Assembly: GCA_905479295.1 (NCBI GenBank)
Contig: CAJQLY010000002.1
Coordinates: 7,812 to 71,811 of the forward strand
Direction of reading: 5' to 3'
From: an uncultured Gammaproteobacteria bacterium
GTDB lineage: Bacteria > Pseudomonadota > Gammaproteobacteria > UBA4575
Length of the DNA: 64,000 bases
This document shows positions 52,118 through 61,837 of the stretch, piece after piece (the stretch's first letter is position 1; each line of letters starts with the position of its first letter). The translations under genes and the position numbers were made by a program. Under the pieces are notes generated by a model. It was not told the origin of the DNA. It was given only the letters and a program-made list of their open reading frames with translations, and ran no database searches.

Positions 52118-52771
52118 TTAGATGACCTTTAAGCCACTATCGCTACCCAATAACAAAACATCGGCAGGGCGAATGGCAAAGATACCGACAGTCACCACAC
52201 CCGCCAAAGTAGCGATTTGGGTCTCCATTTCTATCGGTTGAGTGATGCTTAGGTTGTGTACATCGATAATGATGTTACCGTTATCGGTAGTAAACCCTTG
52301 ACGTAATTCTGGTGCGCCACCGAGCTGCACCATACGGCGTGCTACCGCACTGCGTGCCATCGGCACTACTTCGATGGGTAATGGGAAGCTGCCTAGGCGG
52401 TTCACTAATTTAGAGTCATCTGCAATACAAATAAATTTCTTACTGGCGTTAGCAACGATCTTTTCGCGAGTTAGTGCACCACCACCACCTTTGATTAAGG
52501 CACGTAGTTCAGTCGCTTCATCTGCACCATCGACATATAAAGGCAGATCACCAGTAGCATTTAGGTCGAGTACTGGGATATTGTGACTACGTAAACGTTC
52601 TGCTGATGCTTCAGAGCTTGCCACCGCGCCATCGATTTTGCCGCGAACCTTGGCAAGGGCATCAATAAAATAATTGGCGGTAGATCCTGTACCAACACCG
52701 ATTACATCGTCGTTTTGTATATAATCGAGTGCTGCTTCGGCAGCTAAACGTTTTTTGTCGTCGGCATTCAT
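52118..52771 (-). CDS. rpiA: Ribose-5-phosphate isomerase A
   Basis: [25 protein letters not shown]; true start ATG 52771. Confidence 0.97.
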   Translation of the reverse strand: MNADDKKRLAAEAALDYIQNDDVIGVGTGSTANYFIDALAKVRGKIDGAVASSEASAERLRSHNIPVLDLNATGDLPLYVDGADEATELRALIKGGGGALTREKIVANASKKFICIADDSKLVNRLGSFPLPIEVVPMARSAVARRMVQLGGAPELRQGFTTDNGNIIIDVHNLSITQPIEMETQIATLAGVVTVGIFAIRPADVLLLGSDSGLKVI

Positions 52772-52856
52772 TGTTTTTCTCACTAAGACTGACTGATGAA
52801 GGATATAAAGATTACCGTGAAGGCTAAAGCATATTGTGACAATTTCAAAGACACAG

Positions 52857-54389
52857 ATGGAAATCAGTAAGACTAAAATAAAACAGCTCGCAGAAATGAT
52901 TCCGGCGACCAATGTCTACGACGTGGCAGATGTCTCGGCGTTGACCTTTGCCAAGCGTTTGAGTGATCGTTATAGCAACCAAGTATGGTTGAAGCGTGAA
53001 GATCAACAGAGTGTTTTTTCATTTAAGTTGCGCGGTGCCTATAACAAAATATCCAATCTTTCTAAGGAGCAATTACAAGCGGGTGTGATTGCAGCTTCTG
53101 CGGGTAATCATGCACAAGGTGTTGCCTTAGCTGCACAGCGATTGAAGATTAATGCGCAAATCGTCATGCCAACCACCACACCACAAATTAAGGTCGAGTC
53201 AGTACGGGCAATGGGTGCTGAGGTAGTGTTGTATGGTGATAACTATGATGAGGCCTGCGGACATGCCTTAGAACTTGTTGCTACATCGGCACAAACTTTT
53301 ATTCACCCTTATGATGATATGGCTGTCATGGCCGGGCAAGGCACAGTCGCAAAAGAGATTTTAGAGCAATTTGAATCAGATATAGACGCAGTGTTTATTC
53401 CGGTAGGTGGTGGTGGCTTGATTGCTGGCATGTCAGCATGGTTACGTACGCACGCACCGAAGACTAAAATTATTGGTGTTGAGCCGGTAGATGCGCCAAC
53501 CTTACATGCCGCTATGGCAGCACAAGAGCGCGTTATCTTAGATCAGGTCGGTATCTTTGCCGATGGTGTTGCAGTAAAGCAGATTGGCGAAAATACGTTT
53601 GATGTGGCGCGCGAAACTGTGGATGAAGTGATTCTCGTTTCTATCGATGAGATGTGTGCCGCGATACATGATATTTTTGATGACACACGCGTGTTATCTG
53701 AGCCTGCTGGTGCGCTGGCTGTTGCTGGTATGAAAAAATATATCAGCAGAGAAAACTGTAAAGATCAAAATCTAGTGGCTGTTAATTCTGGTGCCAATGT
53801 TAATTTTGATCGCTTACGGCATGTGGTCGAGCGCTCCGAGGTTGGTGAGGGACGTGAAGGTTTATTTGCGGTAACGATTCCAGAAGAGAAGGGTAGCTTT
53901 TTACGATTCTGCTCAATTATTGGAAGATGCAGTATCAGTGAATTCAATTATCGGTACTCAAAGGCTTCTGAGGCGCATATTTTCTTAGGCGTGAAGTTTG
54001 AGCATGCACAACCAGAAAAAATGGCGATGATCGAAAGGCTGACGGACAACGGCTATGCGGTTGTAGATATTTCAGATAATGAGATGGCAAAGTTACATTT
54101 GAGGCACCTGGTTGGTGGTCACTCGCCTGAGTTGGAAGATGAATTTTTAGTTCGCTTTGAGTTTCCAGAGAGGCCTGGGGCTTTGCTGCAGTTTTTAGAA
54201 GGCATGGGTTCGCGATGGAATATCAGTCTCTTTCATTATCGCAATCATGGCTCTGCCTATGGTCGTGTGCTGGTTGGTGCACAGGTGGCAGAACAAGAAC
54301 GTGATGCATTCCGAGCCTTTTTAGATGATTTGGGCTATAGATATCATCAAGAGTCAGATAACCCCGTCTATCCTCTATTTTTGAGATAG
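52857..54389 (+). CDS. ilvA: Biosynthetic threonine ammonia-lyase
   Basis: [25 protein letters not shown]-terminal ACT domains (FPERPGAL). Confidence 0.97.
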   Translation: MEISKTKIKQLAEMIPATNVYDVADVSALTFAKRLSDRYSNQVWLKREDQQSVFSFKLRGAYNKISNLSKEQLQAGVIAASAGNHAQGVALAAQRLKINAQIVMPTTTPQIKVESVRAMGAEVVLYGDNYDEACGHALELVATSAQTFIHPYDDMAVMAGQGTVAKEILEQFESDIDAVFIPVGGGGLIAGMSAWLRTHAPKTKIIGVEPVDAPTLHAAMAAQERVILDQVGIFADGVAVKQIGENTFDVARETVDEVILVSIDEMCAAIHDIFDDTRVLSEPAGALAVAGMKKYISRENCKDQNLVAVNSGANVNFDRLRHVVERSEVGEGREGLFAVTIPEEKGSFLRFCSIIGRCSISEFNYRYSKASEAHIFLGVKFEHAQPEKMAMIERLTDNGYAVVDISDNEMAKLHLRHLVGGHSPELEDEFLVRFEFPERPGALLQFLEGMGSRWNISLFHYRNHGSAYGRVLVGAQVAEQERDAFRAFLDDLGYRYHQESDNPVYPLFLR

Positions 54390-54392
54390 CAT

Positions 54393-54420
54393 AAAAAAAG
54401 GGCCCTGTAGGGCCCTTTTT
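54393..54420. terminator. Bidirectional terminator (ilvA / H1-like gene)
   Basis: A7-GGGCCCT-GT-AGGGCCC-T5. Confidence 0.9.
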
Positions 54421-54434
54421 AGGTCTTACCCAGC

Positions 54435-54710
54435 TTATTTTCGTTTAGCTGGAGCTTTTTTCTTTGCTGCTACCTTTTTCTTAGGAGCTGCTTTTTTCTT
54501 CGCTGCTACCTTTTTCTTAGGAGCTGCTTTTTTCTTCGCTGCTACCTTTTTCTTAGGAGCCGCTTTTTTCTTCGCTGCTACCTTTTTCTTAGGAGCTGCT
54601 TTTTTCTTTGCTGCTACCTTTTTCTTAGGAGCTGCTTTTTTCTTCGCTGCTACCTTTTTCTTAGGAGCCGCTTTTTTCTTCGCAGTTGCAGTCTTGCGTT
54701 TGATGGCCAT
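54435..54710 (-). CDS. Histone H1-like Lys/Ala/Pro-rich nucleoid protein
   Basis: (AAPKKKVAAKKK)x6; strong GGAGG RBS; downstream terminator. Confidence 0.85.
   Translation of the reverse strand: MAIKRKTATAKKKAAPKKKVAAKKKAAPKKKVAAKKKAAPKKKVAAKKKAAPKKKVAAKKKAAPKKKVAAKKKAAPKKKVAAKKKAPAKRK
54456..54671. repeat. Six tandem 36-bp repeats
   Basis: Unit TTTTTTCTT(C/T)GCTGCTACCTTTTTCTTAGGAGC(T/C)GC; only two variable, synonymous positions. Confidence 0.95.
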
Positions 54711-54906
54711 CAAATATTCCTCCGAACTCGAATGTTAATATAAGAACGAAATTGAGTATAAACAACAAAAGTAAAAAAGCTACTTTATTTTACTTTCAAT
54801 TTAAATGTTATGAGTAATTATTTTTTTATAATTTTAGAATGAAGATAAAATTTAATGCGGTGTAAGCGTTGAAAAATTTGTTACAAGGAATATTTTTTTG
54901 AAAAAA

Positions 54907-55359
54907 TTATTCCATTGTTAATATTAGATTCCATTCATCTTCACTCACCGGCATAACAGATAAGCGATTACCTTTGCGGACTAAAGCCATCTCCTCTAAA
55001 CCCTTTGTTTCACGCAGTTCTTGTAGGCTAATAACGCGTTTCATCTTGCGCTTATACTTAACATCAACCATAAACCAACGGGGTTTATCTGGGTCGCTTT
55101 TGGGATCGTAATGTTTATCTTTTGGATCAAATGCTGTGTGGTCTGGATAACTTTCTTTGTGCACAGTCATCACGCCAACAATACCAATTTCATCGCAATT
55201 TGAGTGATAGAGAAATGCTAAATCACCTTTTTTCATTTGATCACGCATCATGTTGCGCGCTTGATAGTTGCGTACACCATCCCAATGCTCAACTTTATCT
55301 CGCTTTAAATGATCGATGCTGTATTCGCTGGGCTCTGACTTCATTAACCAATATTGCAT
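54907..55359 (-). CDS. EVE-domain protein
   Basis: YWLMKSEP, WDGVRNYQARN, YHSNC, GNRLSVMPV. Confidence 0.95.
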   Translation of the reverse strand: MQYWLMKSEPSEYSIDHLKRDKVEHWDGVRNYQARNMMRDQMKKGDLAFLYHSNCDEIGIVGVMTVHKESYPDHTAFDPKDKHYDPKSDPDKPRWFMVDVKYKRKMKRVISLQELRETKGLEEMALVRKGNRLSVMPVSEDEWNLILTME

Positions 55360-55446
55360 AGTGATTCTCGCTGATGACTTACCTGGATCACTAAACAGTT
55401 AGCGATAGGTGATGTGTTTGGGATTGGGGATTGATACGGTTTAAGA

Positions 55447-55632
55447 GTGCGCTCTCCAAAGTACCGTGGTTTTCCGCGTACCTTGAACCAAAGGTTCAAG
55501 TGGGACTGTGGTTGACAGTGTTAGGCTCTCCGCAGAACGGATATGCACACTACTATCAAACCGAACAACCCCGAGGTGTGTTAATAGGCTCAAGGGGATT
55601 AACGGCTGACTCACAAATACTTCAGAGGCACA
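55447..55632 (-). ncRNA. ssrS: 6S RNA
   Basis: Directly downstream of zapA; terminal pairing GUGCCUCUGAAGUA/UACUUUGGAGAGCGCAC; CCCCUUGAGCC and CUUGAACC-UUU-GGUUCAAG motifs. Confidence 0.92.
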
Positions 55633-55655
55633 TCCTTAGTTTACGCCGCGTAGCT

Positions 55656-55970
55656 TTATAACTCCAACTGTTGGCTAGTACGAATAGCTTCTTCTAGGCG
55701 GTCATTTAGACTACGTAATTTGTTAGTTATATGCTCAGACTTGGACTCATTCGTCTCTTTAGTCTCTAGGTAATCATTGGCCATATTCAATGCAGCCATA
55801 ATCGTGACGCGATCTGAACCAATAGCATTACCACCTTCACGGACTTCTACAATGCGCTGATTGAGCAGGTCGACCGAGGCGCGTAGCGCTGACTCTTGGC
55901 CTGTTGCACAGGCGATACGATATTCTTTTTCAAGCACCTTGACGGCGATTGGACTGCTTTTACTACTCAT
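55656..55970 (-). CDS. zapA: Cell division protein ZapA
   Basis: VLEKEYRIAC...DRVTIMAALN.A. Confidence 0.93.
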   Translation of the reverse strand: MSSKSSPIAVKVLEKEYRIACATGQESALRASVDLLNQRIVEVREGGNAIGSDRVTIMAALNMANDYLETKETNESKSEHITNKLRSLNDRLEEAIRTSQQLEL

Positions 55971-56176
55971 TCACTCTGCTCTAACGATTTTAGTCGATCG
56001 AGGATCTTTTCTACTCGAATCCGCGCTTGGTCTTGTTTTTCCAAGAGGTTTTCACGTTCAGTGCTGAATTCAACTTTCTGCTCGCGCAATTGTCGATTTT
56101 CGTCTTTTAATTGTGCGCATATCGCTATCAATTCATCGATACGCATCTCTAATCTTTTAAGGTCTTCGTCTTGCAC
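55967..56176 (-). CDS. ZapB-like coiled-coil protein (TIGR02449 type)
   Basis: LE.RIDELI..C..LK.EN...ER..LLEK...AR.RVE.I..RLKSLE; overlaps the zapA start. Confidence 0.88.
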   Translation of the reverse strand: MQDEDLKRLEMRIDELIAICAQLKDENRQLREQKVEFSTERENLLEKQDQARIRVEKILDRLKSLEQSE

Positions 56177-56205
56177 TACGCTGTCCTAAATGGAATATCT
56201 TCATG

Positions 56206-56234
56206 ATAGTAGTTTTTGTATTGTCGCCGGTCAA
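56206..56234 (-). promoter_or_regulatory. Putative sigma70 promoter of the zapB-like/zapA/ssrS/EVE unit
   Basis: Minus strand TTGACC-17 bp-TACTAT. Confidence 0.55.
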
Positions 56235-56305
56235 TCTTCTTGAGCAGATCAAATTTATTTTATTAGGGCTTAAAAGCAGAAAGCTTTAGGTGTTAAACTC
56301 TTTCT

Positions 56306-56857
56306 ATGTATTTACCTAGCTATAATCAAGTTGAAGCCCTCCTAGAAAATGTTGCTTTAGAAAAGCGTGCCTCTGAGTGGCATGGTTTCCTTTGTGGTGC
56401 GATAGCAGTGGATATTGCTTATCCGCTAGTAACATCTATTCAAACAATGCTCTCAAATACCGCAGAAGTCGCTATGGGCAACGATTTAAGCGGGCAATTT
56501 GATGAGGTTTACAGCACTGTACTCGCACAGCTAACCGACTCTAATCTGCAATTCCAACTATGTTTGCCTGAAGGTGAAGATGTTGGTCTTGGTGAACAGG
56601 TGAATGCCTTGGCAGAATGGTGTGCGGGCTTTCTCTATGGCCTCGCCAATGCCGGTATTCAAACAAAAGGTACACTTAGTGCCGATGTGCAAGAAATATT
56701 ACAAGATGTTGGTGCGATAGCGCAGGTAGATGGCGTAGAACTAGCTAATGAGGAAGAAGAAGTCTCTTTTATCGAGTTGGTCGAGTTTGTGCGTGTGGCT
56801 GTTTTGTTACTGGCCGAAGAAGTTCAGCCGATGAAGTCGTCAAGAACAGTACATTAA
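56306..56857 (+). CDS. ygfB: UPF0149 / YgfB family protein
   Basis: SEWHGFLCG, FQLCLP, LAEWCAGFLYG, ELVEFVRVA. Confidence 0.92.
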   Translation: MYLPSYNQVEALLENVALEKRASEWHGFLCGAIAVDIAYPLVTSIQTMLSNTAEVAMGNDLSGQFDEVYSTVLAQLTDSNLQFQLCLPEGEDVGLGEQVNALAEWCAGFLYGLANAGIQTKGTLSADVQEILQDVGAIAQVDGVELANEEEEVSFIELVEFVRVAVLLLAEEVQPMKSSRTVH

Positions 56858-57009
56858 ACCTCGTACAGGCCTGTTGATGGCCTTCTGCTTGATCGAAACG
56901 CGTTATTATTCAATACCAGCTAAAAGCCTATTATGTTGATCAATGATGAAAGGCATTTTTCTTCAGGCCGGATGCGAAATCTTAAGTTGAGTATGAGATA
57001 GATTAGGTT

Positions 57010-58320
57010 ATGAATAAAGAATTTATAAAGCGTCGTAAAAATCTAATGCGAATGATGGGTGAAGATGCGATCGCGATCTTACCAGCGGCCACTGTGAAAA
57101 CACGAAACCGCGATGTAGAGCATGATTACCGACAAGATAGTGACTTCCTCTATGTCACTGGCTTTGAAGAGCCAGAAGCGGTTGCGGTACTGATACCTGG
57201 TCGTGGTCATGGCCAATACATTCTTTTTTCTCGTGAACGCAATGAAGAAATGGAGACCTGGCATGGACGTCGTGCCGGACAGCAAGGTGCACTAGAGCGC
57301 TATGACGCCGATGATGCGTTTCCAATTAGTGACATTGATGAAATTCTCCCCGGTCTGTTAGAACAGCGTCAGCGTGTGTTTTACACCATGGGTATCAGCG
57401 ATGAGTTTGACCAACGCGTATTGGCTTGGCTCAAGCAGCTGCGTGACAATAGTCGTAGTGGTACGCAGGCACCGCATGAATTGATTTCTCTGGATTACTT
57501 CCTACATGAGATGCGTCTGTTTAAATCACCCAAAGAAATCAAATTAATGAAGACTGCGGCCAAGGCCTCGGTCAATGCACACCAGCGTGCGCTTCAAAGC
57601 TGTAAGCCAGGCCTGTATGAATATCAGGTCGAGGCTGAATTACTGTATGAATTTAAGCAGGCGGGCTGTGCAACTGCTTACCCATCTATTGTCGGCGGCG
57701 GTGCTAATGGCTGTATCTTACATTACACTGAAAACAATGAAGCCTTACAGGATGGTGATCTATTACTGATTGATGCTGGTGCTGAATATCAAGGTTACGC
57801 CAGTGATATCACCCGTACCTTTCCAGTTAACGGAACCTTTTCTGATGCACAACGTGCGCTTTATGATTTAGTGCTAGAGGCACAACTGGCGGCTATCGAT
57901 GCGGTGCAGCCAGGTAATCATTGGGATCAGCCGCATATAGAGGCAGTCAAGGTGTTGACTAAGGGCATGGTCAAACTAGGCATTCTTAAAGGTCGACCTG
58001 CACAGCTAATTAAAGAAGGTGCTTACCGAAAGTATTATATGCATCGTACCGGTCATTGGCTGGGTTTGGATGTACATGATGTTGGTGATTATAAGATTGA
58101 TGATCAATGGCGTATTTTTGAGCCAGGCATGGTGTTAACCGTTGAGCCAGGTATTTACATCCCAGAGGGTAGCCGAGGCGTGCCGAAATGTTATTGGAAT
58201 ACCGGTATTCGGATCGAGGATGATGTTCGCGTGACTAAAGACGGTAACGAAGTGTTAACCCAAGCCTTGGTTAAATCATCAGAAGACATTGAGGCCCTCA
58301 TGGCCACTAGTGTTGCCTAG
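57010..58320 (+). CDS. pepP: Xaa-Pro aminopeptidase
   Basis: RQDSDFLY, LLIDAG, SDITRT, GHWLGLDVHD, TVEPG, IRIEDD. Confidence 0.97.
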   Translation: MNKEFIKRRKNLMRMMGEDAIAILPAATVKTRNRDVEHDYRQDSDFLYVTGFEEPEAVAVLIPGRGHGQYILFSRERNEEMETWHGRRAGQQGALERYDADDAFPISDIDEILPGLLEQRQRVFYTMGISDEFDQRVLAWLKQLRDNSRSGTQAPHELISLDYFLHEMRLFKSPKEIKLMKTAAKASVNAHQRALQSCKPGLYEYQVEAELLYEFKQAGCATAYPSIVGGGANGCILHYTENNEALQDGDLLLIDAGAEYQGYASDITRTFPVNGTFSDAQRALYDLVLEAQLAAIDAVQPGNHWDQPHIEAVKVLTKGMVKLGILKGRPAQLIKEGAYRKYYMHRTGHWLGLDVHDVGDYKIDDQWRIFEPGMVLTVEPGIYIPEGSRGVPKCYWNTGIRIEDDVRVTKDGNEVLTQALVKSSEDIEALMATSVA

Positions 58321-58342
58321 CTAGGCGCGCAAATTAGTTCCC

Positions 58343-59560
58343 ATGCCTATGCAAGATGATATTAAACAATATGATGTGGTCATCGTCGGTGGTGGTCTCA
58401 TCGGCATGGCGCTGGCTACTGCCTTGGCTAAGTCGCCACTATCGATATTACTCTTAGAACAAAATACAGTGGCTGCAGTCGCCGCCAATATTCTTGATTT
58501 ACGTACCACTGGTCTGTCTCGAAGCTCAGCTGCCATCTTTCAACAGGTCGGCCTATGGGAAAAGATCGAGCCGATAGTGACGGCTATCGAAAAACTCGAT
58601 ATTTCAGAGCAGGGTGGTTACGGCAGCGCACGCATCGATGCGCGTGAATTTGAGATGTCCCCTGTCGGTTACATGGCGCCTAATCTCGACTTAATCAAAA
58701 TCCTCAGTGAGTACGTGCAAGGGCTGGAGAATGTCAGCATACAGACGCCTGCAAGCTTAGTGGCGCTAGAAAAGAATGCACAGGGCTATTTGCTGCAATG
58801 CACTAGTGCTGAGGCCGAGCTGCAGGTACAGGCGAGGCTGCTGGTTGGTGCCGATGGTGCGCGCTCTAAGTTACGCTCTTTATTAGATATCGATGCCAGC
58901 CATAAAGATTATGGGCAAACTGCGATTATTAGTAACGTACGGCCAGAAAAGTTACACAATAACTGCGCCTATGAGCGTTTTACCGAGCACGGACCACTAG
59001 CAATATTACCGATTCAAGATCAACACTGTGCGTTGATCTGGACGCATGCCAGTGAACAGGCTGCGGCACATATGGCGTTAGATGATGCTGCTTTTTTGGC
59101 AGCCTTGCAGCAAGCCTTTGGCCATCGCTTGGGGCGCTTAGAGGCGGTTGGCAAGCGTGTCTCCTATCCATTGTCGATGACCACAGCCAACGAACTGTAT
59201 AAACCGGCTGCAGTACTCATCGGTAATGCTGCACAGTCGGTGCACCCGGTAGCTGCGCAGGGTTTTAACCTAGGTCTACGGGACGTGCAGAGTTTAGTCG
59301 GCCTACTGCAGCAGCAAGATTATCAATTAGATCGGCTGGATCAGTTACTCAAGATCTATGCAGATAGCCGCGTCACCGATCGAGAACATGTGATTAAACT
59401 GACCGATGGTTTAACACGGATGTTTGCAGCACAGTTTCCAGCGGCACGTGCATTACGCGGTGTCGGTTTACGCGTGCTCGGAGCACTAGCACCATTACAG
59501 CGTGTGTTACTGAATCGAAACAGTGGCATGCGTTACCTCAATCATTGGTTCGATCAGTAG
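58343..59560 (+). CDS. ubiH: 2-octaprenyl-6-methoxyphenol hydroxylase
   Basis: GGGLIG, GADG, AYERFT, GNAAQSVHPVAAQGFNLG; follows pepP. Confidence 0.92.
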   Translation: MPMQDDIKQYDVVIVGGGLIGMALATALAKSPLSILLLEQNTVAAVAANILDLRTTGLSRSSAAIFQQVGLWEKIEPIVTAIEKLDISEQGGYGSARIDAREFEMSPVGYMAPNLDLIKILSEYVQGLENVSIQTPASLVALEKNAQGYLLQCTSAEAELQVQARLLVGADGARSKLRSLLDIDASHKDYGQTAIISNVRPEKLHNNCAYERFTEHGPLAILPIQDQHCALIWTHASEQAAAHMALDDAAFLAALQQAFGHRLGRLEAVGKRVSYPLSMTTANELYKPAAVLIGNAAQSVHPVAAQGFNLGLRDVQSLVGLLQQQDYQLDRLDQLLKIYADSRVTDREHVIKLTDGLTRMFAAQFPAARALRGVGLRVLGALAPLQRVLLNRNSGMRYLNHWFDQ

Positions 59561-59575
59561 GCATATAATTAGAGC

Positions 59576-60775
59576 ATGGCGCAGGCAATAGAAGATTTTG
59601 ATGTAGTGATTGTGGGTGGTGGCATCGTTGGCCTCAGTGCCGCTTGTGTACTCGCACCAATAGTTGGGCGCATTGCCTTGGTCAATAAAATACCAGCCCC
59701 TGAATGGTCGGCTGAAAGTGATTATAGTTTGCGTGTCAGTGCGATTAATCTGGCCAGCCAAAAATTACTGACAGAGATTGGTATCTGGGATGAGATTCAA
59801 CAGATGCGTTGCACGCCTTATCACGACATGGTGGTGTGGCAAGGCCTGGCCGATGCGGAAGTGCATTTTTCTGCCAATATGACACGCCATCATTCGCTAG
59901 GTACGATTGTTGAGAATACTGTTTTATTGCAGGCGCTGAGCCAACGGGTGCAAACCCTGGCCAATGTAAGCCGGTATGAACCTAGTAGCATGCAGAATTT
60001 TTCAGAATTATCCGATAACAGTATCTTGATCGAGTTAGAAGACCAGCAGGGACAAAGTCATCGTTTAACCAGCCGCCTATTGATTGGCGCCGATGGCGTT
60101 CACTCTAAGGTGCGCAGTTGTGCTGGCATCTCGGCGGCACGGCAAGACTATCAACAGGCTGGTGTGGTCTGCACCGTGATCGCTGAAAAAGCACATCAAG
60201 ATACCGCCTGGCAATGTTTTACTGAGCAAGGCCCTTTGGCCTTACTGCCGTTAGCAGGCAAACACTGTTCGATAGTCTGGAGTCTACCGACTGCGCAAGC
60301 AGAACAGATGCTGGCCTTATCGGATGAAGAGTTTAACGCTAGGCTGAGTATGGCCAGTGAATATCGCTTAGGAGGCCTACAGATTGCGTCTAAGCGAGTT
60401 TCATTCCCACTTGCCGGTAGCCAGGCGAATGAATACGTTGGTCGTAGAGTGGTCCTCTTAGGTGATGCTGCGCACGCCATCCATCCATTAGCAGGTCTGG
60501 GTCTTAATCTCGGTTTAGAAGATCTAGTGTGTTTACAACAATTAATCCAGGCGAGTGATCGAGAGTTAGGCAGTGAGCGCGTATTACAGTGTTATCAACG
60601 TGCTAGAAAAACTGAAAATAGCTCGATGCAACAAGCCTTAGAAGCGATCGATAAGCTTTTTCGTCAGCCACAACCTTGGTTTCGCAGTCTGCGCTCCTTA
60701 GGTTTCTCTGCGAGCAATCGCTGCAAGCCAATAAAAATGGCGTTTATGCGCCGTGCCCTCGGTGTGCCGTTATAA
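59576..60775 (+). CDS. ubiI: UbiI/VisC-type FAD-dependent ubiquinone hydroxylase
   Basis: RVSAIN, GADG, AWQCF, GDAAHAIHPLAGLGLNLG; follows ubiH. Confidence 0.82.
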   Translation: MAQAIEDFDVVIVGGGIVGLSAACVLAPIVGRIALVNKIPAPEWSAESDYSLRVSAINLASQKLLTEIGIWDEIQQMRCTPYHDMVVWQGLADAEVHFSANMTRHHSLGTIVENTVLLQALSQRVQTLANVSRYEPSSMQNFSELSDNSILIELEDQQGQSHRLTSRLLIGADGVHSKVRSCAGISAARQDYQQAGVVCTVIAEKAHQDTAWQCFTEQGPLALLPLAGKHCSIVWSLPTAQAEQMLALSDEEFNARLSMASEYRLGGLQIASKRVSFPLAGSQANEYVGRRVVLLGDAAHAIHPLAGLGLNLGLEDLVCLQQLIQASDRELGSERVLQCYQRARKTENSSMQQALEAIDKLFRQPQPWFRSLRSLGFSASNRCKPIKMAFMRRALGVPL

Positions 60776-60885
60776 GGCGATGATTACGGCAGATGCGTGC
60801 TTACCAGCGACCGCTGGATAGGCTATTATCTGCGCTGATTTATTTTGCCCCTACGATTGGCACCACTACAGTAAGAGAGAATGCG

Positions 60886-61134
60886 ATGAAAGAACTTAAA
60901 AAAACCGGTGAATTCACCATCTTTGAAAAAAAATCAGGTCGTTACGCAGTAAAAAATGCAGAGCGTAAGATTGTCAGCGCTGAAGAAAAGCAAAAGATCT
61001 TATTAGAAGCAGGTCTGATTAAGCTGAGTGAGCCGAAAGCGGTAGCACCGGCCGAAGAAGCGCCAGCTGAGGAAGCGGCAGCAGAAGACGCTCCTGCGGA
61101 AGACGCTCCTGCGGAAGACGCAGCAGCCGAGTAA
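60886..61134 (+). CDS. Small hypothetical protein with basic N-domain and acidic Ala/Glu tail
   Basis: MKELKKTGEFTIFEKKSGRYAVK...ILLEAGLIK plus APAEE/APAED repeats; AGAGAG RBS favours ATG 60886. Confidence 0.8.
   Translation: MKELKKTGEFTIFEKKSGRYAVKNAERKIVSAEEKQKILLEAGLIKLSEPKAVAPAEEAPAEEAAAEDAPAEDAPAEDAAAE
61084..61121. repeat. 2.5 copies of a 15-bp tandem repeat
   Basis: GAAGACGCTCCTGCG x2 plus GAAGACGC. Confidence 0.9.
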
Positions 61135-61230
61135 GTTTACACCCCATCACTAGTATGTCGGTGGAGTCCTAACTGCCCACCAGCATGCTAGTGATGTTTA
61201 ATCATTTCAATCTAGAAAAAAGGAATTTTT

Positions 61231-61512
61231 ATGGCTAAGGCAAGCGCACGACATATCCTAGTTGCAGACGAACAGGGCTGTAACGATCTAAAAACAAAAA
61301 TTGCAGAAGGCGCAGATTTTGCGGCGGTAGCACAAGAACATTCAAGCTGCCCATCAGGTGCTCAAGGTGGTGATCTAGGTGAGTTCAGTCCTGGCATGAT
61401 GGTACGTGAATTTGACGAAGTCGTTTTCAGTGCACCACTCAACGAAGTGCAGGGTCCGGTTAAGACTCAGTTTGGTTACCACTTATTAGAAGTGACCAAC
61501 CGCAGTGACTAA
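61231..61512 (+). CDS. ppiC: Parvulin-type peptidyl-prolyl isomerase
   Basis: ARHILV, HSSCPSG..GGDLG, MV.EFD..VF, GPVKTQFGYH. Confidence 0.96.
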   Translation: MAKASARHILVADEQGCNDLKTKIAEGADFAAVAQEHSSCPSGAQGGDLGEFSPGMMVREFDEVVFSAPLNEVQGPVKTQFGYHLLEVTNRSD

Positions 61513-61837
61513 GTACCAATCATCAGCATCACTATCAGTACTTAGTCGTCGGCTAGGTGCTGACCCCTCAAGCGATGCTCGGCAACTGTCGATGTCGGCG
61601 CTTACAAAAAGCTAACGACATCGACAGCTCTGCCAATTTCTTTATAAAAAGCTAGTGAATGTCCTTGATTTAATTTTTTATTAAGTATACAACTACAATA
61701 GTTGATTTTAAAAATTAGTAAATTACCCCTCCTTAGGCAGCCTGTCCTTTGATTGCTAGAGGCTGGTAGAGAGTCATTATCAACAATGTCCTGCTTTTGC
61801 TATTGGTGATATAAGGCGTTAGGTATATGAGGGGCTT

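Noticed and set aside
52772..52912. N-terminal extensions of rpiA and ilvA that make them overlap
   Set aside because: Artefact of choosing the longest start; conserved sequence begins at 52771 (rpiA) and about 52857 (ilvA).
54456..54671. 36-bp repeats as a possible CRISPR array
   Set aside because: Repeats are head-to-tail with no spacers, stay in frame in a protein, and there are no cas genes.
55431..55661. 76-aa plus-strand ORF
   Set aside because: Antisense to the 6S RNA; no protein features.
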